From an uncultured cyanobacterium (GTDB taxonomy: Bacteria > Cyanobacteriota > Cyanobacteriia > Leptolyngbyales > Leptolyngbyaceae): DNA of 64,000 bases. Both the position numbers and the translations under genes were made by a program. The DNA lies in the NCBI GenBank assembly GCA_963766075.1, contig CAVYAN010000017.1:32001-96000 (forward strand), read 5' to 3'. Position 1 is the stretch's first letter. Each line of letters begins with the position of its first letter. The notes under the pieces were generated by a model. The model was given only the letters and a program-made list of their open reading frames with translations, did not search any database and was not told the origin of the DNA. Shown in pieces: positions 35,593 to 45,626 of this stretch.

Positions 35593-36510
35593 GTGCCCAA
35601 AGCAGGCATTATCTATAACGATGCAAAATCTGCCGCCTGTCGTATTGCCCACGAGCTAGAAATCACGCTGGGGGAAAGGGGCTGGGATGTTTGTGTGGGG
35701 ACGGGGACGGGCGGGATCTTGGGGTATTCCAGCCCCGATAGTCCCGTCAGCCATACCCCCGTAAATCGGTTAAATCCGCCCGGATTCGATCAGGATATGC
35801 AATTTGCTGTTGTCTTGGGGGGCGACGGAACGGTGCTGTCTGCTTTTCGCCAAGTGGCACCCTATGGCATTCCGCTGCTAACGGTAAATACTGGACATAT
35901 GGGTTTCTTGACGGAAACCTATGTCAACAATTTGCCCGAGGCGATCGCCGCCGTGCTGAATCAGCAATACGAAATCGAAGAACGGGCTATGCTATCTGTC
36001 CAGGTATGGCGCGGCGAAAATCTGCTGTGGGAAGCCCTATGCCTGAATGAAATGGTGATCCACCGGGAGCCCCTCACCAGTATGTGCCACTTTGAAATCC
36101 AAATTGGTCGCCATGCCCCCGTGGATATTGCTGCCGATGGCGTGATCGTGTCTACGCCAACCGGGTCCACCGCTTACGGTTTGTCGGCGGGCGGTCCTGT
36201 GATTACGCCGGGAATTCCCGTCATTCAGCTTGTGCCAATTTGCCCCCACTCCCTAGCCTCACGCGCCCTAGTGTTTTCCAACACAGAACCAGTCACGATT
36301 AATCCCGCCAATGCCAACCGCTTGGTGATGGTGGTGGATGGCAATGGTGGCTGTTACGTATTGCCCGACGATCGCCTTTGTATCCGTAAAGCGCCCTATA
36401 CTGCCCGCTTCATCCGACTCCAGCCCCCGGAATTTTTCCACATCCTGCGCGAAAAGCTAGGCTGGGGATTGCCGCACATTGCCAAGCCCACCTCAGTCGA
36501 ACTGCCCTAG
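35593..36510 (+). CDS. nadK: NAD(+) kinase
   Basis: [34 protein letters not shown]. Confidence 0.95.
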   Translation: MPKAGIIYNDAKSAACRIAHELEITLGERGWDVCVGTGTGGILGYSSPDSPVSHTPVNRLNPPGFDQDMQFAVVLGGDGTVLSAFRQVAPYGIPLLTVNTGHMGFLTETYVNNLPEAIAAVLNQQYEIEERAMLSVQVWRGENLLWEALCLNEMVIHREPLTSMCHFEIQIGRHAPVDIAADGVIVSTPTGSTAYGLSAGGPVITPGIPVIQLVPICPHSLASRALVFSNTEPVTINPANANRLVMVVDGNGGCYVLPDDRLCIRKAPYTARFIRLQPPEFFHILREKLGWGLPHIAKPTSVELP

Positions 36511-36610
36511 TCGAACTGCCCTAGTCGAACTGCCCTAATTTAGCAAGCTGCCCTGCTTTGGTATCACTGCGCTACAATGAACATGCCAAAACCCTAGGTT
36601 GATACCCTAT

Positions 36611-37303
36611 ATGATCCTTGCGACTGAATCAAATCCCCGCGTACTGCTGGTGGAAACGGATGATGCCTTGGTCAGCAATGTTAGTCTTGATCTGAAGGAA
36701 TCCGGGTATGAAATGCTGCTAGCGCAGGACATGAGCAGTGCCATGCGCCATGCAATTGAAGCGCAGCCCGCCTTAATCGTGGTGGACCGGATGCTAGCCG
36801 GGGAGTCGGGATTGTCGCTGTGCAGTCGGCTGCGATCGCTGGGGAATCATGTGCCTGTAGTGATGCTGATGGCCCGGGACACCGTGGACGATCGCGTTGC
36901 CTGCTTAGAAGCTGGAGCCGATGATTATTTCCTAAAGCCCTATCGCACGGAAGAATTTTTGCGCTTAGTGCGCCTGTATTTACAGCCGGATACACCAGGT
37001 AGTGAAAAGTTGCGGTTTGGCGACCTGATGTTGGACTTGGCCTCGCGCCGTGCCCTGCGAAATGGTCGGGGCATTGACCTGACGATGAAAGAATTTGATT
37101 TACTCCGCTACTTGATGGAGCATCCCCGCGAGGTATTGACCCGTGAGCAGATTCTCGAAAACGTTTGGGGCTATGACTTTGTGGGTGAGTCGAATGTGAT
37201 TGAAGTGTATATTCGCTATTTGCGCTTGAAGATCGAAGATGATGGCGAGAAGCGTTTGATCCAGACGGTGCGGGGCGTGGGGTATGTGCTACGGGAGGCA
37301 TAA
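36611..37303 (+). CDS. nblR: OmpR-family response regulator NblR
   Basis: Atypical receiver (LLVETDD, MLMAR), winged helix, position after NAD kinase. Confidence 0.8.
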   Translation: MILATESNPRVLLVETDDALVSNVSLDLKESGYEMLLAQDMSSAMRHAIEAQPALIVVDRMLAGESGLSLCSRLRSLGNHVPVVMLMARDTVDDRVACLEAGADDYFLKPYRTEEFLRLVRLYLQPDTPGSEKLRFGDLMLDLASRRALRNGRGIDLTMKEFDLLRYLMEHPREVLTREQILENVWGYDFVGESNVIEVYIRYLRLKIEDDGEKRLIQTVRGVGYVLREA

Positions 37304-37304
37304 T

Positions 37305-37862
37305 GTGCGATCGAAGATTCAATCCTGGTCTGTTTCTACTCTGCCAGCCTTCAGTGTTGGGTTAGTCGCGATCGTGTTGATGGGCTGTACGCCGTCGATT
37401 TCGGCATCGCCCAATCCTGTGGCCAGTCCACACATGGCTCATGGCGGCCAGTCGCTACCCCTGACGTCCCAAGTGCAAGTCGGGAAGCAAGTGATTTTAC
37501 TCGAAGTGGCCCAAACTCCTGAACAGCAGCAGATTGGTCTGATGTTTCGTCAAGACTTAGCCCGCGATCGCGGCATGGCTTTCCCCTTCAATCCGCCGCG
37601 TCGGGTTGGCTTCTGGATGAAGAATATGTCCATTAGCTTGGACATGGTGTTTGTGCATCGGGGTCAAATCGTGGCGATTGACGCCCAAGTGCCACCTTGC
37701 TCGGTTGATCCTTGTCCTGTATACGGCCCCAATGCTTTAATTGACCACGTTGTGGAGCTACGCACCGGACGAGCAGCCGAACTGGGCCTCAAAGTGGGCG
37801 ATCGCTTCGTTGTGGCTCCTAAAGCGACAGATCCTCAAGCCACTGAACCCAAAAAGTCATGA
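37305..37862 (+). CDS. DUF192 family lipoprotein
   Basis: LEVAQTPEQQQIGLMFR, GMAF, FWMKN, LDMVF, VVEL; lipobox-like VLMGC. Confidence 0.9.
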   Translation: MRSKIQSWSVSTLPAFSVGLVAIVLMGCTPSISASPNPVASPHMAHGGQSLPLTSQVQVGKQVILLEVAQTPEQQQIGLMFRQDLARDRGMAFPFNPPRRVGFWMKNMSISLDMVFVHRGQIVAIDAQVPPCSVDPCPVYGPNALIDHVVELRTGRAAELGLKVGDRFVVAPKATDPQATEPKKS

Positions 37863-37878
37863 AAAATTCTATTGCCTG

Positions 37879-37970
37879 AGCCTGCTCCCTTCGGCTCCGC
37901 TCAGGGAGCAGGCTTTCGTTCGCTCAGGGAGCAGGCTTCCGTTCCCTCTGAGCGAAGTCGAAGGGAGCGG
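37879..37970. repeat. Cluster of small dispersed hairpin repeats (core CTGAGCGRAGYCGAAG)
   Basis: Two full and one partial copy; same core at 49977 and 61446. Confidence 0.85.
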
Positions 37971-37975
37971 TAGCC

Positions 37976-38215
37976 CTAATCCTCTTCCCCGATATCATCT
38001 CCACGGGACAGACTGAGTAACGGTTGCAGCACAGCCATACCGATCAGACCCAGGCCAACACTAAACGCCAGCACCAGTCCAATGGGAATTTCAAACAGTT
38101 GCAGATTGAGAAATCGCAACCGTACCGGGCTAAAGTTTTGGACCGAGAGAATGGCGATCGCACCCACCCAAAAAGCCAAAAGGGTGGCAGCAAAAAAGGT
38201 GGTGAGGGATTTCAT
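37976..38215 (-). CDS. LapA/DUF1049-like small membrane protein
   Basis: AILSVQN..VRLRFL..IPIGLVLAF, two TMs. Confidence 0.8.
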   Translation of the reverse strand: MKSLTTFFAATLLAFWVGAIAILSVQNFSPVRLRFLNLQLFEIPIGLVLAFSVGLGLIGMAVLQPLLSLSRGDDIGEED

Positions 38216-38245
38216 GGGTCGCGTTAGGGGGAATCAGGGGCAGTT

Positions 38246-39707
38246 TTAGGGGCGATCTTTAGGAGCGATCGGAGAAATTTGGGCAATGATTTGCTGCATG
38301 GATGCGGTTAGCAGCGCCACGTTTGCCCGTGAATGGGTTTCCAGGTAGACGCGCAACAGCGGTTCGGTGCCTGAAGGCCGTAGCAGCACCCAACTGCCAT
38401 CCTCAAGGTACAGCTTCAGGCCATCTTTGCGCCCAATCTCACGAATTGGGATGTGGGCTACCTGCCGGGGAGGGTGGTCCACAAAATACTGCATCAAGCG
38501 GGCTTGATCCGCAGACTTCAAGGGCAAGTCGATGCGGTGATTATACAGAGGCCCATGGGTTTTGGCGATGATATCCCGGACCAGTTGGCTCAGGGGCTTC
38601 CCAGAATACGCGATCGCCTCCACCACCAGCATATTCGCCAAGATGCCATCTTTTTCAGGAATATGCCCCAGGACACTGAGGCCACCCGATTCTTCCCCCC
38701 CAATCAACACGGGCATTTGACGCATTTTTTCGCCAATCCACTTAAAGCCGACGGGGGTTTCGTACAGCGGCAACCCATACTGTGCTGCAAAGGTGTCCAG
38801 CAGGTGTGTAGTGGCCACAGTGCGGACGATCGCCCCCGACAGGCCCTTATTTTCGATCAGATGCTGGGCTAGGAGCAACAGAATGGCATTCGGAGGGACC
38901 AGTGCGCCTTGCTCGTCCAAAATGCCGAAGCGATCGCCATCGCCATCGGTCGCCAAGCCCACATCGGCCCCATCCCGCAGCACCGCCTGGGCCAAATCTG
39001 CCAGTTGCACGCCCTTGGGTTCTGGCATGCCACCGCCAAACAGCACATCTCGATAGGCGCGGAATACCTCTGTGGTACAGCCGCAGTACCGCAGAATTTC
39101 ATCCAAATAGCCCCGCGAGGTGGAATACAGCGCATCGTATTTCACATACAGTCCCGCTGCGCGAATCCGCTCGACATCAAGCTGCGCATACAGAGCAGCC
39201 AGATACGCGGGTTTGGGATCGAAATGCTCCAACCTTTGACCAGAGTGGCCCTGGGGGACATCCGCGATCGCGGTGTCGGGGCTCGTCGCCGCCAGATAGT
39301 GGACGATGCGATCGGTAATCGCCTGGGTCGCGGGTCCAGCATAGTCCGGAATATATTTAATGCCGCAGTAGTGGGCGGGGTTGTGGCTGGCCGTAAACAT
39401 GAGTGCCCCCGCCGTATTGAGGTGGCGGGCACTGTAGGCGATTACCGGCGTGGGACAATCGCGATCGGCAGATCTGCACCGTCCATCCCAACGCCACTAA
39501 AATTTCCCCCGCCCTCTCGGCAAACTCCTGCGCCAAAAAGCGGGTATCGTAGCCAATCAGGACTGGGCAACTTCGGGGATAGGTAGCGTCCAGATACTGT
39601 GCGATGGCACAGGTCACTTTATCCACATTGGCAAAGGTAAAGTCTTCGGCAATCACACCCCGCCAGCCATCGGTACCAAAAGTAATAGGTTGGGGACTTG
39701 CGCTCAT
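38246..39707 (-). CDS. Phosphoglucomutase/phosphomannomutase (frameshift ~39470)
   Basis: FGTDGWRG, IGYDTRF in the first frame; TASHNP, DGDGDR, GGEESGG, RPSGTEP in the second. Confidence 0.9.
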
Positions 39708-39936
39708 TCAGGATTCCCAAGAGAAGTGCTTATTTCAGGGACGTTTATCGATCCTAGCCGTCTCTCTATCGGCCACTCAACCGGGCTTGATCGGGCCGAG
39801 CGACGAGGCTAAATGATTTTTACTGCAATATCCGCAATTTAGCCAGTATCTTGTGAATGTACAAGCATGTAAATAGCTGGCTGAACGTGGACGCTGCCTG
39901 CCTGACTCATGGATCCACATCCAGGGACCTACATCT

Positions 39937-40359
39937 ATGTCTCCGACGGTCATTTGGTTAATCATCGGCATCAGCCTGTGTAGTGTGGAAGCGGTGGTAC
40001 CGACGGCATTTATTGCCGCGGTGATGGGCATTAGTGCCCTGATGGTGGCTTTTCTGGCCCAATTTATTCCAGTGTTGGGGATGCAGGTTGGCCTGTGGAT
40101 GATTTTTTCACTTCTGCTAGTGGGACTGTCGCGGCGATTTATCCGATCGGGTCGTCCGGTGAAGCTGGATGATACCCAGGCCGAAACCCTGACGGATATC
40201 CCGCCGGGTAAAGTGGGTCGGGTCCAGTATGAAGGCTGTTCTTGGGCCGCAGTCTGTGAGGATGAAACCGCTGCGATCGCCCCCCACCAAAAGGTCTACG
40301 TCGTGGCTCGCCGGGGCACCACCCTCATCGTGATGCCCGAGGGTGTCCTCCGTTCCTAA
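39937..40359 (+). CDS. NfeD-like protein
   Basis: TM N-terminus plus OB-fold GRVQYEGCSWAA..GTTLIV; upstream of SPFH gene. Confidence 0.88.
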   Translation: MSPTVIWLIIGISLCSVEAVVPTAFIAAVMGISALMVAFLAQFIPVLGMQVGLWMIFSLLLVGLSRRFIRSGRPVKLDDTQAETLTDIPPGKVGRVQYEGCSWAAVCEDETAAIAPHQKVYVVARRGTTLIVMPEGVLRS

Positions 40360-40476
40360 AGGGCAAAAATGGGCAGTCTGGATAGGAGTCCTTGTCACAG
40401 ACTGGTCGGTGAAAGCAACACACGGTTGAAATGGCACACGGTTGAAATAGCTTTAAATACTTTAGGAGCAGCGATT

Positions 40477-41409
40477 ATGTGGGGTTGGTTCATTGCACTG
40501 ATGATTGGCGGCGGCGCACTGTCTAGCGTCAAAATTATTCAACAAGGGGACGAAGTGTTGGTGGAACGATTGGGCACCTACGATCGCAAGCTCACCCACG
40601 GGCCGCGATTCGTCGTGCCAGTCCTGGATCGAATAGCGTATCAGGACACCATCCGGGAAAAAGTGCTCGACATTCCGCCCCAGCCCTGCATCACGCGGGA
40701 TAACGTTTCCATTACCGTGGATGCGATCATCTACTGGCGGATTGTCGATATGGAAAAGGCGTACTACAAGGTCCAGAATCTGCAAATGGCCATGGTAAAC
40801 GTCATCCTCACCCAAATTCGCGCTGAAATGGGGCGTCTAGAACTGGATGAGACCTTTACGGCGCGATCGCAAATCAACGAACTCCTACTCCGCGACTTGG
40901 ATGTAGCCACCGATCCCTGGGGGGTCAAAGTCACGCGCGTGGAACTGCGCGACATTATTCCCTCCAAAGCCGTGCAGGAATCCATGGAACTGCAAATGTC
41001 TGCAGAGCGTAAAAAGCGCGCCGCTATTCTCACCTCGGAAGGCGAACGAGAATCATCGGTCAATAGCGCCCGTGGGAAAGCCGAAGCCCAAATTTTGGAT
41101 GCTGAAGCCCGCCAAAAGTCGGTTGTTCTGGCGGCGGAAGCCGAACAAAAAGCCATGATCCTCAAGGCCCAGGCTGAGCGGCAAACCCAGGTGCTCAAGG
41201 CCCACGCCACTGCCGAAGCCATCCAAATCGTTAATCAAGCTTTGCAAAGCGATCCCAAAGCACCAGAAGCAGGCAAAGTCCTGCTGGCTCTTGGCTATTT
41301 GGACATGGGCACGGCGATCGGCAAAAGCGACAGTAGCAAAATCATGTTCATGGATCCCCAAAGCATTCCAGCTACACTGCAAGGCATGTTGTCCATGGTG
41401 GATAAATAA
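40477..41409 (+). CDS. SPFH/stomatin-like protein
   Basis: [35 protein letters not shown]. Confidence 0.93.
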   Translation: MWGWFIALMIGGGALSSVKIIQQGDEVLVERLGTYDRKLTHGPRFVVPVLDRIAYQDTIREKVLDIPPQPCITRDNVSITVDAIIYWRIVDMEKAYYKVQNLQMAMVNVILTQIRAEMGRLELDETFTARSQINELLLRDLDVATDPWGVKVTRVELRDIIPSKAVQESMELQMSAERKKRAAILTSEGERESSVNSARGKAEAQILDAEARQKSVVLAAEAEQKAMILKAQAERQTQVLKAHATAEAIQIVNQALQSDPKAPEAGKVLLALGYLDMGTAIGKSDSSKIMFMDPQSIPATLQGMLSMVDK

Positions 41410-41500
41410 GGTAGGTAAATAATTTCAGCCTGCCGCTGTCCCAGAAGCAATTCTCCCGCCCCTAATATTCCTGTCCCTAACACTCTGGGCACCGATGTCC

Positions 41501-42622
41501 TCAATGGCTCAGCACCCCCTGCTCCGTCATGGCCTGTACCTGCCGCAGCTTCTGCATCACCTGGCCCTGCTGGAGTAGCGATCGCGCCCGGTCAATGCCT
41601 TCGGGCAGACTGCCACAGGCACCGCACCGCCACAGGTAAAACCCGCTGTTCCAGAGGGTCGAGCGGAACAGTTCCGATACCTCCCCTTGAAGGGTGGCTT
41701 GCATGGCTGCGATCGCCTCTACGGTGGAGTTTAAGGGCACATTTTTGCCCTCAAAGCCATACTCATGGGGATGCAGGAGTTCCCGCTTTAGGACATCGGG
41801 GTGGACGACATCGGGGCGGGCGGCAGCGGGGTGGCCGGCAGCGGGGTGAACTGGAGTGGGTTCAGGATTGCCCATGCCCACAATACCGGTGCGTTCACGG
41901 GGGAGATCACAACTGCCTTCTAGTCCCTTGACTAGGGTAAATCGCTGGACACCGCGTAGCCCCAGGGCGATCTGGAACATACCCTCCGTGGGTGGATGCA
42001 CAAAACCCGAGACCATATGGGCGGAACCCGCGTAGGGAGCCCAGATCAGCTCCATGGTGGCGAGGGGGGGACGCTTGCCAATTTGCTCACGGTAGGCCAC
42101 CAACCCCTGGGCCAAGGGGAAGTGGCGAGGGAGATAGACAAAGCCGATACCCGTTGTTTCTAGGAGAGTTTGCACCTGTTCTAGAGACAGACGACTCCAG
42201 TCCACACCGAGGCCACGCCAAAAGTCGATCAGGGGATCACCTTCCTTGGTTGGCATGCGATCGCCCCCATGCAAAATTACGGGACAGCCCGCCGTGGCCA
42301 GAATTAACGCCGTCACCGGACTCAGGGGAATCGTGCGCGATCGCCCATCATAGGGCGATCCCATCACTGTGACGGGATGGGCCGCAGCCACCCCGGACAA
42401 TTGCGGCCCCAATTCTTCATAGGCATCTAACATGCCCGCCAACTCTTCCCCAGTGGGACGACGGATGCGATGGGCAATCATGAAGGCCCCAATTTGGGCG
42501 GGAGTTGCTTCCTGTAACAACATCAACCGCATCGCCGTGGCCGCCTCTGAGCGCGTCAGGTTCGTGCCCGTGTGGGGACCACTCCCTACTTTGCGCAGGA
42601 GTTCGCGAAAACTATGGCTCAT
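41501..42622 (-). CDS. Anthranilate phosphoribosyltransferase-like protein (YbiB/TrpD2 type)
   Basis: ATPAQIGAFMIAHR, YDGRSRT, REQIGKRPP, GFVHPPTE, KGLEGS. Confidence 0.85.
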   Translation of the reverse strand: MSHSFRELLRKVGSGPHTGTNLTRSEAATAMRLMLLQEATPAQIGAFMIAHRIRRPTGEELAGMLDAYEELGPQLSGVAAAHPVTVMGSPYDGRSRTIPLSPVTALILATAGCPVILHGGDRMPTKEGDPLIDFWRGLGVDWSRLSLEQVQTLLETTGIGFVYLPRHFPLAQGLVAYREQIGKRPPLATMELIWAPYAGSAHMVSGFVHPPTEGMFQIALGLRGVQRFTLVKGLEGSCDLPRERTGIVGMGNPEPTPVHPAAGHPAAARPDVVHPDVLKRELLHPHEYGFEGKNVPLNSTVEAIAAMQATLQGEVSELFRSTLWNSGFYLWRCGACGSLPEGIDRARSLLQQGQVMQKLRQVQAMTEQGVLSH

Positions 42623-42645
42623 AAAAACTATGGCTCATAAACAGT

Positions 42646-43620
42646 TCAATAGGTAGGGGAGGAGTCTAGGCGGCACCCCTCGGGCGTAGGAGCAGGCACA
42701 CGGAGAGACTGAGTGACTAAATTAAAAAAGTGCCGAATCGGAGGAATTTGCAGGCGATCGCAGGTGGTCACCAGCACGATCTGCCGCGTGAAAGGCGGAT
42801 CCGACCAAGGGGCAGCGGAGTCTGCTGCTGGCGTGGCCAAAGGGCGCACAGCCAGCGTCATGTCTCCATAAGCCTCCATCAGCGCCGTTTCCGGCAGCAG
42901 CGCCACCCAGTTGCCCTGCCGCACCACCCCGCGAAAAGCATCCGGCGTGTTCAATTCTAGAACCGCTTGCAAAGTCGCGCCCCGCCGTTCAAATTGCTCT
43001 TGGACAATGCGCTGCATGCCATAACCATCCTTAAAAACCACCTGGGGAAATTTGGCGAGTTCCTCCCAAGGGATCGCGGCGTAGTGGGCCAGGGGATGAT
43101 CTACTGCCATCAGCACTTTAATCGGTTCGTCGTAGAGCACCTCCACAACCATTTCTGTGCTGTTCACCAAAAAGCGATTGTTCATGACGATCGCCACGTC
43201 TACTAAGCCATCCCGTAGCACCTTCAAGGCGCGATCGCTGCCCAAAGCCGTCACGCGGAGCTGCACAGCGGGATAGTCCCGACAAAACTGCTGCAACACG
43301 GAGGGCAACTGGTAGGCACAGACGGAATGTACCGCCGCCACACACAGCTCGGGTTGGTGCCCCGATGCTAAATCAGACGCCTCCTGCAGGGCATTGGCCC
43401 ATTCTTGACAGATTTTGCGGGCGCGGGGCAACAGCAGGTCGCCCCCCACGGTCAGCTTGGCCTGGGTGGAGCGATGAAAGACCGGCAGGCCCAATTCCGT
43501 CTCTAGGGCTTGAATTTGCCGACTAATCGCCGACTGAGTCACGCCGCTGCGCTGCGCGGCTTGCTGAAAACTGCCTGTGTCTGCGATCGCCAAAAATGCT
43601 TGCAGTTGTTCAAGGCGCAT
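42646..43620 (-). CDS. ntcB: LysR-family nitrogen regulator NtcB
   Basis: MRLEQLQAFLAIA, LRVTALGSDRALKVL, FKDGYGMQR; NtcA promoter upstream. Confidence 0.85.
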   Translation of the reverse strand: MRLEQLQAFLAIADTGSFQQAAQRSGVTQSAISRQIQALETELGLPVFHRSTQAKLTVGGDLLLPRARKICQEWANALQEASDLASGHQPELCVAAVHSVCAYQLPSVLQQFCRDYPAVQLRVTALGSDRALKVLRDGLVDVAIVMNNRFLVNSTEMVVEVLYDEPIKVLMAVDHPLAHYAAIPWEELAKFPQVVFKDGYGMQRIVQEQFERRGATLQAVLELNTPDAFRGVVRQGNWVALLPETALMEAYGDMTLAVRPLATPAADSAAPWSDPPFTRQIVLVTTCDRLQIPPIRHFFNLVTQSLRVPAPTPEGCRLDSSPTY

Positions 43621-43661
43621 GGGCGAAAAGTAATCCTTAACACAATACTCGATTGCCTGTG

Positions 43662-43703
43662 ACCATAGCGGATGTCACCCCTCGGTGCAGTAGGGATTGC
43701 TAC
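43662..43703 (-). promoter_or_regulatory. Class II NtcA-activated promoter of ntcB
   Basis: Minus strand GTAGCAATCCCTAC (GTA-N8-TAC, 43703-43690), exactly 22 nt, then TATGGT (TAN3T, 43667-43662). Confidence 0.85.
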
Positions 43704-43734
43704 ACGAAGCTGAAAAATCCGGCGGCGCATCCAG

Positions 43735-44616
43735 TCATTCCCGCTGGCCACACAGCAGCCCAAACTGAATCAAGCCCGTTTGATAGCCCCGCTGCATCAG
43801 CCCGAGGGACAAGGCCGCTTGAATCGTGGTCCAACCCGATTGCACGAGTCCCAGCAGGGCCTCCGGGGTCAAGGCTGAATCAATCACAAAATCCCAAAAG
43901 GGCGCGACGGCAGTTGACCAATCGGCCATGCGGATATTTTGGAAATTTAAGTGTCGGGCGATCGCCCCGTACTCGGGTAGCGAAATCACGTAGGGCAAAC
44001 AATAGACCCGATAAATCTCGGCCAGCAGAGCATTTTCCGCTGGGGTGAGCGATCGCTGATCCGCGGGCCGGTGACACCACGTCACCATCAAAAACGTCCC
44101 TCCCGGCTTCAACACCCGGTGGCACTCCCGCATAAACTGGGTTTTGTCCGGCATGTGTTCCCCACTTTCCAGGGACCAAACGAAATCAAAGGACTGATCG
44201 GCAAAGGGCATGGCCAGCGCATTGGCAACCTGGAATTGCGCCGTGGCAAACGGTCCCGGAGCCGCACCATTAGGGGGATTCCCAGCACCCATCCCTGCCG
44301 CCGCTGCCCGCTCAGTGGCGCGCTTTGCTTGGACCGGGCTGAGGGTAATGCCCGTGGCGATCGCCCCAAATTTCTCTGCTAGATACAGCGAACTGCCGCC
44401 GATCCCGCAGCCCACATCCAAGATCTGTTCAGCGCGATCGACGCCAGCCCAGCTCAGCAGCGCCTCAATTAAATCAATCTGCGCCTGCCGCCGTTCCTTT
44501 TTCTCGCGGCCATCCACGCCATAGTAGCCGTGGTGCATGTGCTCTCCCCACACGGTTTCCCACAGCCCTGAAGAGGCATCGTAGAACTGTTGGATTTGGT
44601 CGTAGAGCGTTGACAT
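43735..44616 (-). CDS. Gamma-tocopherol methyltransferase-like SAM-dependent methyltransferase
   Basis: FYDASSGLWETVWGEHMHHGYY, LDVGCGIGGS, WSLESGEHMPDK, VTWCHR. Confidence 0.88.
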   Translation of the reverse strand: MSTLYDQIQQFYDASSGLWETVWGEHMHHGYYGVDGREKKERRQAQIDLIEALLSWAGVDRAEQILDVGCGIGGSSLYLAEKFGAIATGITLSPVQAKRATERAAAAGMGAGNPPNGAAPGPFATAQFQVANALAMPFADQSFDFVWSLESGEHMPDKTQFMRECHRVLKPGGTFLMVTWCHRPADQRSLTPAENALLAEIYRVYCLPYVISLPEYGAIARHLNFQNIRMADWSTAVAPFWDFVIDSALTPEALLGLVQSGWTTIQAALSLGLMQRGYQTGLIQFGLLCGQRE

Positions 44617-44882
44617 TGGCACAAAAATGACCCCAGATACACGTAAAAAATGAAACAGCACCCCCAATGGCGACGAATCACCCCAGTGCTTTAGCCCAGC
44701 CAGTTGGACTCCGTAGATCTTCCGCCCAAAAGTATAGATTATCAGTCGCAGCTTTGATATGTTAGTGCGGAATCCAATCGCGTGGGGAATTCGATCGCGG
44801 GCAAAATTTCAGCAGTATTGATCACCCTTTATCAGCTCCATTGCGCACTCCCATCACGCTCCCCTATTACCCATAGCCCACC

Positions 44883-45518
44883 ATGACCAAATCCGCCGAT
44901 CTGTGGCAAGCTAATCACGATCTGGCCCAGGCTTGCCTAACCCACCCCTTCGTCCAAAGCCTTGCCGATGGCAGCTTGCCCCCCGCCACCTTTGCCTTCT
45001 ATGTCGGTCAGGATGCCTTTTTTTTGGCAGCCTTTGCCCGGGCCTATAGTATCGCAGCAGCCAAAACTACGGGTATATCCGGCTTCGAGGCATTTCATAC
45101 CCTGGCCAGCGGCGTTTTAGAGGAGCTCAAATTGCACCAGGGCTACGCCACCACTTGGGGCGTCGATTTGTCCACGGTTCAACCCAGTAGCACTACCCAA
45201 AGCTATACCGACTTTCTGCTGGCCACCGCGTGGAGTCAAAGCATTGGGATGACCGTGGTGGCCATGGCTCCCTGTATGCGCTTGTATGCTTTTCTGGGGC
45301 AAACCCTGGCCCAAAACGGCATTCCTGATCATGCCTATGGCGAGTGGATTCGCACCTACAGCAGTGCCGAATTCGAGCAATTGGCCCAGCAGTTGGAAAC
45401 CCTGGTGGAGTACCATACCCTCTTCAATACCCCAGCCCAGTCCCACTACCGCTATGCCATGGTGTGCGAACGCAATTTTTTCCACTCGGCATGGCAAAGG
45501 GGGGCAATGGATGGATAG
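44883..45518 (+). CDS. tenA: TenA family protein
   Basis: HPFV, FYVGQDAFFL, ELKLH, PCMRLY, YGEWIRTY, ERNFF. Confidence 0.88.
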   Translation: MTKSADLWQANHDLAQACLTHPFVQSLADGSLPPATFAFYVGQDAFFLAAFARAYSIAAAKTTGISGFEAFHTLASGVLEELKLHQGYATTWGVDLSTVQPSSTTQSYTDFLLATAWSQSIGMTVVAMAPCMRLYAFLGQTLAQNGIPDHAYGEWIRTYSSAEFEQLAQQLETLVEYHTLFNTPAQSHYRYAMVCERNFFHSAWQRGAMDG

Positions 45519-45626
45519 TAAAAATGAATCAAGACGAGTCAACTGCAATAGGTTTCCTCACCAACATTCCAACCAATATCCCCACTAACATCCCCGCCAA
45601 CATCCTTCTCCTACCTGCACCCCTGT

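Noticed and set aside
36561..36575. NtcA box upstream of nblR
   Set aside because: Spacing is GTA-N9-TAC, not N8
36681..37322. 213-aa antisense ORF and similar overlapping ORFs (e.g. 2249-2803, 38909-39586, 45344-45928)
   Set aside because: Shadow or alternate frames of well-supported genes, with no recognisable motifs
44670..44882. TPP riboswitch upstream of tenA
   Set aside because: No CTGAGA / ACCTGA core visible
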